A stretch of DNA of 64,000 bases from Hydrolagus affinis (Eukaryota): NCBI GenBank assembly GCA_012026655.1, contig JAAILG010000651.1, positions 1-64,000 of the forward strand, read 5' to 3'. The notes under the pieces were generated by a model. The model was not told where the DNA came from and did not search any database. It saw only the letters and a program-made list of their open reading frames with translations. This document shows, one piece after another, positions 23,067 to 36,854 of this stretch (position 1 is its first letter; the number at the start of each line of letters is the position of its first letter). Both the position numbers and the translations under genes were made by a program.

Positions 23067-23661
23067 TTTAATTCTTTAATCCTCACAGATGCTATGTGCA
23101 CACAATAGAAACTGAAACATTGCTGGATTATAGTAGAGGTGTACCTCAGAGGTAAAATGGGAGAGAATCCACATGGCATCCGACCCTAATAATAGATACG
23201 CCTCTGGGTTCAGTCTCACCTTTGACTTTACTCGTAGCATAGCAGGAACCATTTGGAGCTGAGCTAGAAGTAGGAGGAATTGATCCAACGTGTTTGTGAA
23301 AGGGTGAGTATTTGCAGGTGAACATGGAACTCTCCAGTTTGCCAATAGTTTGCAGGCATCAAGTTTGGCACAAGCTGTTTAATGGTAAGGTCAGTACCAC
23401 AATCTGACAACACCAGAAATACAATTTTACATCTCTTATACCTCGCCACCCTTTGGGCCTTTCGTATGTGAGACCACTTTCGATGGGCCGTGCAGCGTCG
23501 TTGAGCTGTGGCAATCTATCATTAGGCAGATTAAGGCTGTCCATTTTCAGAGAGACAACTCAGATCCCGTTAGTGTGGGTGTGATTTGACAGGGAAGTCC
23601 AGAAACCTAGATTGTTACCCACCTCACCATTCTTGCTGGTCCCATTTTGCTTTGAAAAACC

Positions 23662-23900
23662 TTTTCCTTACTCCACACTCACACACCTAATAATAATACT
23701 CCATCCCAAAGAAACCTGTAAAAATTGGTCATTTCAACCCACAACTGTTTGTGGGACACTGCTGTGTGCAATTGGCTGCCGCGTTTCACCCACAACTATA
23801 CAGTCAGTTCACTTTACAGTATATTCTGTGAAGCGCTTTGCGACGTCGATAAGATGTGAAAAGCGCTATATCAAATGCAAGGATTAGTATTATTATTATA
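23662..23900 (+). mobile_element. 5'-truncated SINE lacking the tRNA head
   Basis: tttccttactccacac through to aaatgcaaggattagtattattatta. Confidence 0.9.
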
Positions 23901-26900
23901 ATTCGTGTGATATATAGACCCCGTTCAACATTTTCATTACATTGTTTTTAAAAACAAATACACAACATCTCCCAAATATCATTGAATCCACGTGTTATTG
24001 CAAATACTTTCCCTTTAAAATGTGTTCGACATTCAAGTGAAGATTTTAATGAAACTTAAGGGGATCCTAGAATAGTATTTAATGTTAAATATCACAGAAC
24101 GACCAGCGTGCATGATTGACTGTGCAGGTTTGATGCAAATTCGTATTGTTCTGGAATTTACTAGTGAGTTAACTGTTGGCATAAGAACTAATGCAACTAA
24201 AAATAAGCCGCTAATGTTTGCTGTCAAAGATTCTACCACGGAAAGTCAATTTGCTGATACTAGCGAAATGTCGACTACAAAGGTCTCCATTGTTTGAAGA
24301 ATCCGATCAGAGCTTTTCCATTGAACCCTCAGTTCACAATTGACTGTGAGGACCCAGGACCTGTTTTTTGGTGCGTGTATAAACCTGACTCTCTCACTCT
24401 GACTGACAGACACACACACATTGTGCAGCCATGGCATTGTGTCAGGTGAGGCTGTTTGTGTAAAGGTTATATCTTCAGGAGCTGTCGCTTTGAGTCATAG
24501 TATCAAAGAGGAGGATGTAAGGGACCACACTGGCGATCAAACATCAGCTGTCTCCCTCTCTTGTTCTGAGCCATCAATAGATCTAAAGCAGAGTATTCGG
24601 AGACTCCTCTAACAAGGAGTACCAGGCCAATTTTCAACAAACATTTTCTTGGTCAGAGAATTGGCTACTGACTGATCTCACTTCCCAGGGCAGCTGCAGG
24701 AAGCAGGAAGAAAAGTTCTTTTCATTTAAAATAACGATTTTTGGGGGTTTCCGATTTGAAATATTCCCTTTTTCTCTATATCTCCCACTGTTTGATGTTG
24801 GCACACACGATAGCGAGGAGAGAGGTGGGTGGGGGTGGATGAGAGGATGGGGAACGAGGTGGAATATGGAGACATTTTCAAACACCTTCACATCCACTGG
24901 AGTCACATTTTCCAATTTACTTATTAATGAACATCTGTTCAAACAGGATGAATTCCTGCAAATGTCAGAAAACTGAGTTAAAATAGCAGGAGCTAAGAAA
25001 TATAAATGAGGGAAATCCTTTCAGGATTGTTTCTGTTTGTTCCACTGGTGCTTTTTCGATACAGTACTTAAAATGAATCCTTTGCTATTTTCAAGAGGCA
25101 TGCGTGATCTCCATTTAAAATCGATGCTTTTTTAAAGTTTGACTGTTGCACATACTTGATATGACCCATGCAAAGCACGGAGGGACTTGCGTGAAACTTG
25201 CATAAGTCGTATTAAGTGTGACATATGTAAAGTGATGTACACGTCGGATTTTATATGAGTTACACATAACAAATACCACAAGTACTGTACGTCAGAATTT
25301 GGGGGACAGCCAGGTTGTTTAAGGGTTAATTGCCACTGGATCGTGGCAGCCAAGGGCTGTGGAATACTGTCAGCCATAATGTTCACCTCCAAACACTGAG
25401 CCCGTTCCAAATCCAAAAAGTAGTACAATACATTCGATTTTTATTGCTGTCAGCTCTTGACAAATACAGGGAGAGCTGTTGGCAGGAAGCTATTTCAAAC
25501 ATATTGGTTTGGAAATCGACATTTTCATATCCAACATTATGTGTACCACATACACCACACACTGAGAAAGAGCGCTCCAGGGTGGAATTATATGAGCATT
25601 TAGTCACGTACCAGCAAAAGATAATGCTTTGCAGTTGTAAGTTGTGTTTTAATAGTGTCTGGCAACATAGATGTGCAGTCCAACATCACACTGTTGCTTT
25701 CTGAACACTAGTGAACTACTGTCATTTATCTGGCAACAACCATGATTTACAGCTGTGCGTTTAATCACTCCAGCTTAAATCTGGTACAAATCACCTACAA
25801 ATACACAATCACCACACTTTACGGAAACTTTGAGATGTTCAATGTTATAGGCGCTATCCATTGTAATGATTAAACAATTGATTCTGAGAAAAAAAAACTA
25901 TCCCGATATTAGACAAGTACCTGTTGGTGGACAAGAACAACAATGGATGGGCGGATGGGTCAGGGGAAATGGAGCAGGCCGGAGCCCACGGAACGGAGGG
26001 AATGAACAGGTTAGCAGGGTGTTTGGAGGTCGCAAAACAATATAAAACAATACAAGTCTGATTTCTGGGTGTTGTGGGAGGGTAGCAAGGGGCTAATTCC
26101 TGGCAATGTTACAATGGTTAATGGATCTCAAATTCCTACATAGCGAAAGCAAGTACAGTATATGTGTCCCATTCCTCATGGACTACAGTCTCATTCAGTG
26201 ATATATGCATTAATCTCTGTTGATTCAGTGTCAATCGATGACGTTCTGAGTACTGCTTTTAAACTTTGTGATTGCCTAAATGTTTCTGGACTCCAACGCT
26301 ACAACAAACAGTCCTCACAAGGAAAACTTGTTATGCACCAATTCATAGAATTCTTCAGCTATACAGCACATTGATAGTACAGATGACTCTAAATGAAGAG
26401 CAGTTACTGTAGCAATGATTCAGTCTTTAGTACAGCTGCAGTTATGGGGGTCTCCTGACATAGTAAATTGACTGTGCTTCTCAGCATGTAACATGCCTGT
26501 AAAACAAAATTTCCTGTAAACATAAAGTAACAAAAAAGGTTTGGCAAGAGGTGGTAATTTAAAATAATGCGATCGGAAAGGCAACTATCATTATAGAGTA
26601 TTTTGGTTCCCCCCTACCCCCCACAGAGAGTGCAGTGGTTTAGATGGAGTTCTTTGTTATTATCCATAGGCTAGAGTGAGGGACCGAGATTGACAAATGG
26701 GTCTTTTTTTTTGTGAAAGCGCCCTCTTAAAGTGAAGATGAATGGAGCGCCTTCTTTATCAAATGCCCCCGCAGTTCTTTGACGCAGCAGCAGGCACCAA
26801 CCCAGTCACTTGAAGAGGCAGCTGAGACCGAATGAATGTGCTCCTTTTTTTTCGGATCAGGGGGAGCGCTTGTATTACACTGAGCTCGGATGTTGACTCT

Positions 26901-27255
26901 TTGACATGTAGATGTTAGTTGTGGAGTTTGTAAACGGATAAACCTACGAGGATGAAGGAAAAACTTAAGCGGAGGACAATGGGTGGCAAACACATGTCGC
27001 TGTCCAAATTCATCAAGAATGAGGTGCTATGTTGTGTCCACATTTTAGTGGCACAGATGGGTAGTCAAAGTCGGGGGCTTTGAGAATATATGCTGTAAAT
27101 TATGATTTATCAATGACTTTTTTTAATTAAAAGATTAGATTTGCTCAATGTAACTCCCTTTCGTGTTAAATTTTAAGTGTATCTCAACATCCTTCCAACC
27201 ATTTACATTCCTTAAATGTGATTAGCAGTAACAGGAGCTAGGTTCAGTGTGAATC

Positions 27256-27352
27256 ATAGTAATAATCCTTGCATTTGCGTCTTCTAGACAGCTCAAAGCG
27301 TTTCACAGAGTACACTGTGAAGTGAATTGACTGTATATTTGTGGACGAAATG
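27256..27352 (-). mobile_element. SINE 3' fragment
   Basis: aataatccttgcatttg..tcttctagacagctcaaagcg...gtgaattgactgtatattt. Confidence 0.8.
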
Positions 27353-28817
27353 CTTTATAGCAATAAAATTACATTTGTAGAGCGCCATTCATGTCGGGAG
27401 GACGTCCCCAGGAGCTGAATTTACCTAATATGTTGAGGCAACAGTAAAAAGCAGCAAAGGCATAATTTTCTGTCTCTTTTTCCCCATAAACACCAACTAT
27501 TTAGTCTCTCTTTTGTTGCCAAGTATTTCTGTTTAAGCTATTTAGACCTTTACCTATCCTGAGGAAGATCTTCATTCATATTCAGGCTACGCTATTGGAT
27601 GCTATAAATATGATCGGATTCTGTCCAAAACAAGTCAGGAAAATGTTCAGTAGGAATTATCACCAGTCCTTCAGGATCAGATAGAAATTGTTTCATAAAA
27701 AAAAAAACTGAATTGCACCCAATATTGTAAGTTAAAATCTGTCATCTGTACTGTTAGTTTCTCTGTATAAGGGTTACAATTGTTTGGACAATTTGTGTAA
27801 CCTATTTATTTTTCTGTGTTACAACAGATATGTTTTGTTCCTTTCCTTATTTTGTCAACTCTAGCTGACTTGTTTTGTCAGTGCTGGGCAACATAACTAC
27901 GAAATCACTTAGCTACTGTATCACTCTTCCAACGTTACAGAAATGTGAAAAGTGCCAGTGGTAAAATGTTTAATCTGTTTGTTTTGCGAGCAGTCACAAT
28001 ATTGGACTAGCTGTCAGTGTCTTAACGCACTGGTGTGAGAACTGTCTCCTCATTTCACAGCTTTGTCTGCTTTCTTGCCTGCGTGTCTCCCAGGGTTTGT
28101 TGCATTACACATTGCATTGTCATGTTACAGTAAGATTTGCCCTTCTGGTCAAGAGTAAATAAACTCTAAACCGCTCACTCTATTCTGCGCTACAATGGCA
28201 AGAAACACAAAGGCAAAGTGATAGATTTTAAGTAGGCTGGGTACGGTTGATTCCTTCCTCCCCAGGACCTGGATTTGAATCCAATTCAGTCTGATGGATT
28301 AAACCTCCGCCACTTACCATGAGAATGAATCCTGACTGAAATTAAATTGAGGTTCTCTCAATCCAACTCCTCGTGATTTGGGCCAACCATCCGTCCATCC
28401 ATTCTAATGGATTAGCATCCTGATAGTCAGAGAGAGAGAGGCCTTTAGTATTGCTGGTGTTATATATACACATACAGAAGCACTCCAGGAAGATACCACG
28501 CATGCAGAGCGCTATATAAATGCAAGCTGTTGATATAAAAATCACAATTGTGCATTGGCATGCCCTGCATAAGGTATAAGCATAAGGTATCTTGTTGGTG
28601 CCATATAGTTACTCTGCCTTTAGCTATTCTGCACCTGACCCACTATGGCTGAGATAAAGACTTGGTTGGTATTGGACCTATTTCTGCTCCTAACGACCTA
28701 GTCAGTGAGTCACGCTGTAATTGGCTGCACCTCGTCGAACTTACTGGATGGTGCCACCATCACCTCGCTCTGCTCACAGAACAAAAACCATATTAGCTTT
28801 CAAGAAGGAACATATAT

Positions 28818-29143
28818 TGTAGAGTCCTATAGCTTAGTGGTTAGAGCACTCACTTTACAAGTGTGAGACCTGTGTTTGAATCCAGGCAGGTCAGGGCGAA
28901 ACCTTGGGCAAGTTTCCTTACTCCACACACCTAATAATAATCCCTCCAAAAAAAAACCCCACAATAATAATATTGGTCATTTCAATCCACGACTGTTTGT
29001 GGGACACTGCTGTGTGCAATTGGCTGCCGCGTTTCACCCACATATATACAGTCAATTCACTTTACAGTATATTTTGTGAAGCGCTTTGAGACGTCTCGAA
29101 GACATGAACAGAGCTGTATCAAATGCAAGGATTATTATTATTA
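28818..29143 (+). mobile_element. Full-length tRNA-derived SINE
   Basis: gagtcctatagcttagtggttagagc...gtttgaatcc, body, (att)n tail. Confidence 0.92.
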
Positions 29144-29833
29144 TGATGAAGGAAAATAATCAGAAGATTGAAGAATTTTGTGGGGCAATCTCCCTGTTAT
29201 TGAATTGAAAGCATTTAATCTCGTTACAATTGTGCACCTGACCCGCCATGACATCTGCACGTGAACTCGCGCGTGGTCTGTCGTGCTCTCGCCTCGATTC
29301 CTCACTGAATTTGAGAGAAAAGCTTTGCCGCAGGAAACGGCAGAAAAACCCATCTTCACTTCAGAATAATGAACGCAACGATCAAATCCGCGAGTAATGA
29401 ATGAGGTGAAGGCTTCATGTCTTCACTGCGCAGAGAAGTATTACATGAAAAGGTTTCGTGATCGCGGAGTTTCACGGGTGAATAGGTCTTTTGTTCAGCC
29501 CCTAAAGCAGGACATCCCCCTGAATGCAGATTGTGCATTAGATTCTGGGAACAAAATGATGACTTTATACATTCACAGTTGCTGCAGGGTGGACGGCTGC
29601 TTCCAGTTGTACATTCCTGGCTTCTATTTTGAATTGAGCCGTGGCCAATAGGTCAGTTTACAGGATTAGAAAGGGAGCTTTCAGCCAGGTTCACTTTTAA
29701 GTCTGAACCTCTTAGTGAACAATTCCGCTGCAGTGTGCGTCTGGTCGGAAAGCTCCTGTTGGAGTGAGAGCCCCTCTAGATTAGGGTGAGGAATGCTACT
29801 TGATATGGACGAAAACAAAATTTAACCTTGAGC

Positions 29834-29933
29834 NNNNNNNNNNNNNNNNNNNNNNNNNNNNNNNNNNNNNNNNNNNNNNNNNNNNNNNNNNNNNNNNNNN
29901 NNNNNNNNNNNNNNNNNNNNNNNNNNNNNNNNN
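29834..29933. other. Assembly gap (100 N)
   Basis: Run of N. Confidence 1.
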
Positions 29934-31454
29934 TTAGCATAGAAGCAGCGAATCATAGAAATTGTAGCAGAGATGGGGGGGGGGTGGGAGTTGGGTGGGG
30001 GGGGTGGGGCAGCTATTGGCCCTCTGGACCTAAGAGGGTTCTCGCTAACAATCCTAATCCCACGTGAGAAGCAATGTACGAAAACACAGGAAACACCAAA
30101 TGGAGGATGCACAAGTGGACCATTTTCCTGAAATCTGGGGCTGACGTTTTGTGTAAAGGAACCCAATTTGTAGCCATCTATTTGTGTGGGAGTTTGAGAG
30201 GAAATTATCCTCTTCCCTCCGTCTAATGAACACTTCTGGTACCGAACACAAATAGATCAATCAGAAAGTTTTTTTTTGCTTTGGAAAAACATGTGCACAT
30301 GTTAAAAATGCCCATCCAAAGTGGGTGATTTACAACTAGCGATTGTTAATCAGAATTCCCCAGAATTGGCCTCATCCAACATTTTTGTCAATTGTTCATT
30401 GAATGATCTCATATCGTGAATTTGTCACACAGTGCAGGATTCCCTCAGGCTTTTGCTTTCAAGTGAGTTCAGGAAGCGAGCGAAGCCGGGACTTTGAGCA
30501 GGCTGACCACACATCTTCTCGTCTTCTAAAACATCGGAAGAAAGGTTCCCACTTAACCCGGTCAGATTAGAATTTGTCAGTGATAAAGCGCTCATCATAC
30601 TTTTAAGTTTACTCTTTGATACAAAGGGCGCACTTGAATTGTCAATAATTCTGAGACACTATCAGGTCCAAATATTCTGCTCTGTATCCTGATTGTCCAC
30701 TCTATTTCTTTTTTTTTTGGCAGGAGAGGTGGGCGGGGTGGGGGGAATGAGAGGTGATTCCAACATAAGCTTGGACTGCAAATGTGTAGTAGCTGGAGGA
30801 ACATTCGCCTTGTCTTCAGTGCTGGTTAATTCTAGGATTCACCATTAAAAGCGATGGAAAATAGGTAACGGTAGCAGGAAATTCTGATGTGTTTGCAAGT
30901 GTTACAAGTCAAAGTTCCTAGAGCATATTGTGGTACCTGGCAATAAGCCTTGGTTATGAATGCAAACAGTGGGGCTGGGCTGCCCATCAGGTATAAAAAA
31001 TTACGTAGTATGTTAGGCCACCTACAGACTCCTGAAAATCCAGTTATATTAAGCGGTTTATAAATCAAATCAAATTGAATCAGTGCATTACTGTTTACTA
31101 ACAACTGCCCTGCTCGTGCAATAGTATTTTAATGTGTTCAAATAATAGCTAAGAGTTTTCAAAGCAAACAAATAATTATTTTAGGTATTTTGACAGATGT
31201 GCTCGCTTTACATAAGCAGCATTTTCTTATACAAACTACATTGCAACATAGAGAATTGACAAGTTTGGTTACTGTATATAAATTAGCCACTGCATTCACC
31301 TAACCAAATAGTCATAGCACTTTAAAGTACTGTATATCTTGTGAAGTGCTTTGGCAAATCCTTCTGACCTGTTATATCAAACATAGAGAGTGTTGTTTTG
31401 TTTTAGTGACGCCTTGTGTGTGTTGTGGACGATCAAAGTACAGTACATTACTTC

Positions 31455-31672
31455 ACTAGATCTTCAGATTCTCAAATGTAAACCCACAAAAGATCCGATG
31501 AATTTGTGTGTTCACTGGACCACCAGCAACTTGGATGCAAACCCATCACTAGATGTAGAGAATAGATGTATATACACGCCACACTGTGCTCACCAGACCA
31601 TCAGAAGCTTAGATGTGAATCCACCAGCTGAATGGCGGGGATTAGATACTTGCTGTGCTCAACCAGACTGCC
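31455..31672 (-). mobile_element. Possible AmnSINE2-like ancient SINE fragment
   Basis: Reverse complement cagctggtggattcacatct...gtgagcacagtgtggc...ctctacatctagtgatggg..catccaag resembles AmnSINE2 as recalled; not verified. Confidence 0.45.
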
Positions 31673-33209
31673 CTGTATTTACGAATCAACCCCAAACTAA
31701 CTGATCAAAGGGAAGAGAAGCATAACCGAAACAAAAATGAGAACACCCACCTATCACGGTAACTAGCTGCCACAGAATTATTCGGAAGTAATTAATTCTG
31801 CAAAATATAGAGTATGATCCAACGAACTCTTCCTCGGGCGAGCCTCCTGGCATAGCAAGAGAAGCAGAATTGGACTAGAAATAAATCAATGATCAAAAAG
31901 CATGCCTAGATTAAATCAAGGGGACTACTTTTCCTTTGTTTCAAGAGACTTAATTTGGACAATTTGAGGATTTCTAACAAATATTTTAGGTTACAATGGT
32001 GATGGTGGTGATGGTAGTGGGAGGGGATTTGGTCATTGAATGGCGAAACGTTTGAAATTCCTATCGCTGATCTTCCATTGGTCTTTAAACTCTGCGTTTC
32101 CTCCATATCCTCAGAATCCCTCACATCTCAAAGAAGCAATTTGCTAAGTCCCTTCAGCACTCATTGCCTTGTGGGCAGAGAATTCTGCATCTTCACCACC
32201 CTAGCATGCAGATCAGCTTTCCTAATTTCATTTTTAAACGGTTTAAACTCGGTCTTAGAGTTTCTGTCCCCTTGCATCGTCGCCATAATATCGCCACATC
32301 AATCCATGTTACAATATATTGAGTGAAGCGCTTTAAGACATCTCAACCACATGATAAGGCATCCACATCAAATGTAAGAATTATTATTCTTATTATATTT
32401 CTAGAGGTGTTTTCACGCAGTCTCCTTCTGAGCAATATGTGCCATATTGCCAGAGGGGGTGATGATTTGGGGCATGGGGTGGGTGGGGGAGGAGAGGGGG
32501 TAGTAAAGAGAGGGGAGGGTAATGGTTACAAATGATTGAACGTCAAGCTAGGACTTTGCGCCTCCAAGAAAATTCGATGCCGAAGCACTTCAAATAAAAA
32601 AGAATGGTTAATAATTTAACACAGATGCACATTTTGCCAGAAAATTGATAGGGGTCTGGGGTGTTCCATTAATAATATTAAACAGTATGAAATGTTGTGT
32701 GCCAGACACTGAAGTAGAGGAAAACAATCAGGGCCTGTGTACGATTTCGAAAACTACAAAGGAACGTACGTTACGTTCCTCAGGAGGCTTCCTGGAGCTG
32801 GTGCTTTGATGCGGATGTTCTGAAAGCAACGTTTTCACTTGGCATTGCAATGTGCTCGATTGCCCAGCTGTTTTAAGTAGAGAGCAGCCACCAGTCTTTG
32901 GTGCCTTTAATTAGGTCCCGTAAGGATCGGGAAAGCGAGAGGCAGCGTCAGATTCTGTTGGAGAGCACAGATAGTTTTTGTAATCCGTTCAGAGATCAGC
33001 CCAGTTTACACGGAAAATGATGCAGCCGCAGTAAATGCCTTCCACACAAACCTCCAGCTGCAGCACCTCAGGAAACCCATTAACTCGGATTTAAAATGAT
33101 TTTTTTTTTAAAAGTAAACATATACAGCCATATATATATATACACACATGTCAAAATACAGTCAGTTCTCTCTTTATAGAAACCTTTATAGAAACTTTAC
33201 AGAAACCTT

Positions 33210-33450
33210 GCGAAACTTTGGGCAAGTTTACCTTACTCCACAAGCCTAATAATAATCCGTTCAAAAAAAACACAATAATAGGAATTGGTCTATTCAATCC
33301 ACGACTGTTTGTGGGACACTGCTGTGCTCAATTGGCTGCCACATTTTGCCCACAAATATGCAGTCAATTCACTTCACAGTATAGTCTGTGAAGCGCTTTG
33401 ACACGTCTAGAAGATGTGAAAAGCACAATATCAAAATGCAAGGAGTATTA
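33210..33450 (+). mobile_element. 5'-truncated SINE followed by a second tail fragment (about 33462-33513)
   Basis: gcgaaactttgggcaagttt through the body to aaatgcaaggagtatta. Confidence 0.88.
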
Positions 33451-33832
33451 TCAGCATCTTCTATGAAGAGCTTTGAGACGTCTCAAGGCCATGATAAGGG
33501 GTATTATTATTATTGGTGAACACAAATTTGGTCACTGTGAACTTAATTCCTGATTGAACCAACAGCAAACAGTGAATCCTAGTTGACCAGACTGTTGGTT
33601 CTGTTGCCAGACAGAGAGCACTATCCACAGTGGTGACAACAGATTGGATAGAGATTCCCGGCCAACTCTCATTATTCTGCTTTGTTTCTGTCTGGCATCA
33701 GTACATTTATAGACATCTCAAACAGGCACTGTTAGCCAGAATCTACAATTATTAATCAGCTTCAGGAATGAGTGTCTGACAAGGTTAGACCTCAGAGCTC
33801 CTAATTATTAGCATTTTTTCTCTCATTATAAT

Positions 33833-33968
33833 CACTGTGTGCAATTGGCTGCCGCGTTTCGCCCACAAATATACAGTCAATACACTTTACAGTACATTCT
33901 GTAAAGTGCTTTGAGACATCTAGAAGACGTGAAAAGCGCTGTATCAAATGCAAGGATTATTATTATTA
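33833..33968 (+). mobile_element. SINE 3' half
   Basis: ctgtgtgcaattggctgccgcgtttcgcccac...aaatgcaagg(att)n. Confidence 0.9.
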
Positions 33969-36480
33969 GCGCATGTTCCTCTCTGTAAACCCAAGTGTGC
34001 AGTTTTCTAACAATCTTTTTTATTTAGTAGCTAAAGAGACAATCGTGGACCGTATCCAAACTCAAGCATGTCACATTTGTGGTCTACATTTCCAGTTAGA
34101 CAATGGGTGAGGGAAGAGTCAGCTTGTCAAAGGAAGCCTTAGAATTGATAGTTATAAATCACTGTCATAGCTGTTGAAAAGGTTTCACTGCAACAGTCCT
34201 GCCTTCCTCATAATCCTCGATAACAAGACAATTGATGAGCAAAACGTTGGTGATTAAATATTGGGGTTCCTCGTGGGGAAGAGAGAATTAAGAATTTTCA
34301 CTGTACAGTAATTGCTTTCCTGCTTTATTACTTTAATTGAATTAATGCCTCAGTTATTTAATACTTTCCTCGTCTCTCCCACACCGTTTCCAGCTCTCAG
34401 TAATTGCAAACAATGCTATTCCTAAGGGGCACTGCATTCCCTCCTTACATTTGTTACTACGGTATAAAAATGCACTGTCAACTTCCTGCATTAAAGCAGC
34501 TTCATTGAAAAGAAACTCGTAGGAATTTCATTCTTACTCCTGAACGTTTCTAAAGCTCTACTCAGGCGGATCAAACATTTCTTTAACAATTGCAGTTCGC
34601 ATTTAGGGATTAAGGCGTACATCTTGGTGACATATTTGCCGTAAAGCCAGATGGATTGTATACAAAACCTCATTCTGTATAGAATTCTTGTCAACTTAAC
34701 ATTGAGATAATTCACAGCTATTTCATGAGAACACATCTTACCCAAATAGCACCCTTGCCTAACTATAACCTTCACCTTTATGTTTATTCATCCTTGAGAA
34801 ATAAAATTACAAACACACCACGACACATACACACAGATGTCTGCCTCAGCTAATGTTTGCTTGCCCATAATACATGGGCCCATCTTTACCACCCACTAGT
34901 TTCATTCTGCACAGTCTTGCATTGAAGCCCTCACTTGTTCCATGTATACAGTCATAGGATACAGGTAATCGTGCTATTATACATACAGTTCACTATTATA
35001 CATTACTGCTCTACATGTATAGGTGCAGACATTGTATACATAGATGAGACAGAAAAAGAAAGCCTCTTATTCTTGTACAGTTATCATCATACAGTTCACT
35101 ATAGACTCCTGTCAAGCAAATCATGCTAAACTGTTATTACGCTGTTCATTGCCATGAGTGCTTTTTTTTAATAAAAAAAAGTATTTTGGCTCCTTTTTTT
35201 GCTCCTTTCCCTCCCATTTTCCTGCAGATCATTTACTACCTTCAGCTGGAGGGTCAGATGTTCTGGGCTGTGGACGTCACCACCAGCACCAGTAAAGTGT
35301 CTCTCAAGTCAGCAGGAAGCACAATACAAGCTGGCCAATGTCCATTATTTTTTCACACTTCCAAGATGGAACACTTTGATTCTCACGTAGTGCTGCATCC
35401 AATGTCCCAGCTGACAAGCGAGAAACTCAGGCAAGTGAGCTTGAGCAGCTGATAACCATGGAGTCAACCTCATGGCTTTGTGGTTTAAAAGTCGAGAGAG
35501 CAGAGGTCCCTAGCTACAACATTATAGACTGGGGGAATAAAGCATTAATTACAGAAACATGAAGCGCTGGTTGTCACTTTACTGCCCTCACCACCCCCCC
35601 CCACCCCCCCTATGCAACGCTTGGAGGAGCGTCAAATTACTTAGATTCAAACGCAGGAATGAAACAAAACGAGCGGAGTAGACAACTGAGAGTGGGGAGA
35701 AAGAGGTGGGTGGGGGTGGCCCGGGGAGAAACAATAAAATGCCCAAACTGGTGCATTTGTTGGAAGAAGCAAAAGGCTCTGCATTTCAAGTTATTTGACT
35801 GTCAGACGGAATCCCATGGCCTGTAGTGTCTGGTTTAGCCTACAGCAGTCTGGTTCTGACACTCAACTATTTCACCATGTGCATGAAATCTTGTTCCTGC
35901 TTTGCTTTGACTTCATTGTGAACAGATCTCCCAGTTAAAAGACTCCCAGGTTGGACACATTATACAAAGTCCATGGTTGCAAAATAATTTTTTTCTGGGG
36001 GAGAACTAATTCTTCAAAAAGTGTGCGCCCCATCTGGGGGGCAGCTTTACTGGGAAACAAGCCACAATGAGGTCAATAGGCAGGAAGAAACTGTCGTTTG
36101 GGGCGACAGAGCACTTGTTAATAGCTGCGATTCTCCTTATCACAGCTGTACACAGTCCATTCAAAAAAAAAGCCTGGAAAGAGGGCGAGAAAGTTCAGAC
36201 TCCTGAATTAAAAAGCATTCCCCCGCCTCCCCCCCAAACAAAGGAAATTGCAGCTTCCCTTTAACCTTGACCTGCGCTCAGATGTCTGAATTATATATGG
36301 ACAATTAGGCTGTACATTCGGTCCGACTTATTGTAGCGATATTGCACAGAAAGGTTGAGAATACGCAGGGTTATTACAGGCAAAGCAACAGCGAAACAGT
36401 CACAGACATATCAACCCACAGAGCCTTACCATCTAGCTTACGATACCTGCTCTAATACCCCTCCTTGTAATGAGAGCACT

Positions 36481-36854
36481 CAACAACAACAACAACTTTG
36501 ATTTATAGAACGCCCTCCACGTCGGATGGTGCCTCAGAGCGCTTCACAGTAGCGGGTCCTGGGACCGAGCCAGGGGCAGGGGCAGAAAGGTGACCAAAAG
36601 CGTGGTCCAAGAGAAAGGTCTTCAGCTGTGACCTGAAACTGGGGAGGGGGCGAGGCGAAGGGAGTGAGGAAGGGAGTTCCAGAGCCTCGGGGCGTAGTGG
36701 CTAAAGGCACGGCCGCCGAAGGTGAAGCGGAGGATTCGGGGGACATGGAGGAGGCCAGACCCAGAGGAGTGAAGGCAGTGGGTGCTGGGTTGGGGGGAGA
36801 GGGATAGATAGGGGGGTGCAGAGGAGTGGAGGGATTTGAAAACAAGGGTGAGGT
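36481..36854 (-). mobile_element. 5'-truncated L2 LINE
   Basis: High similarity to 17372-17752, with the same (GTT)n tail and LWNSLP-coding segment. Confidence 0.9.

Noticed and set aside
23612-23887. Recurring ORFs containing VKRFETSRRREKRYIKCKDYY or NLGQVSLLHT, resembling a peptide family
   Set aside because: Translations of the non-coding SINE consensus.
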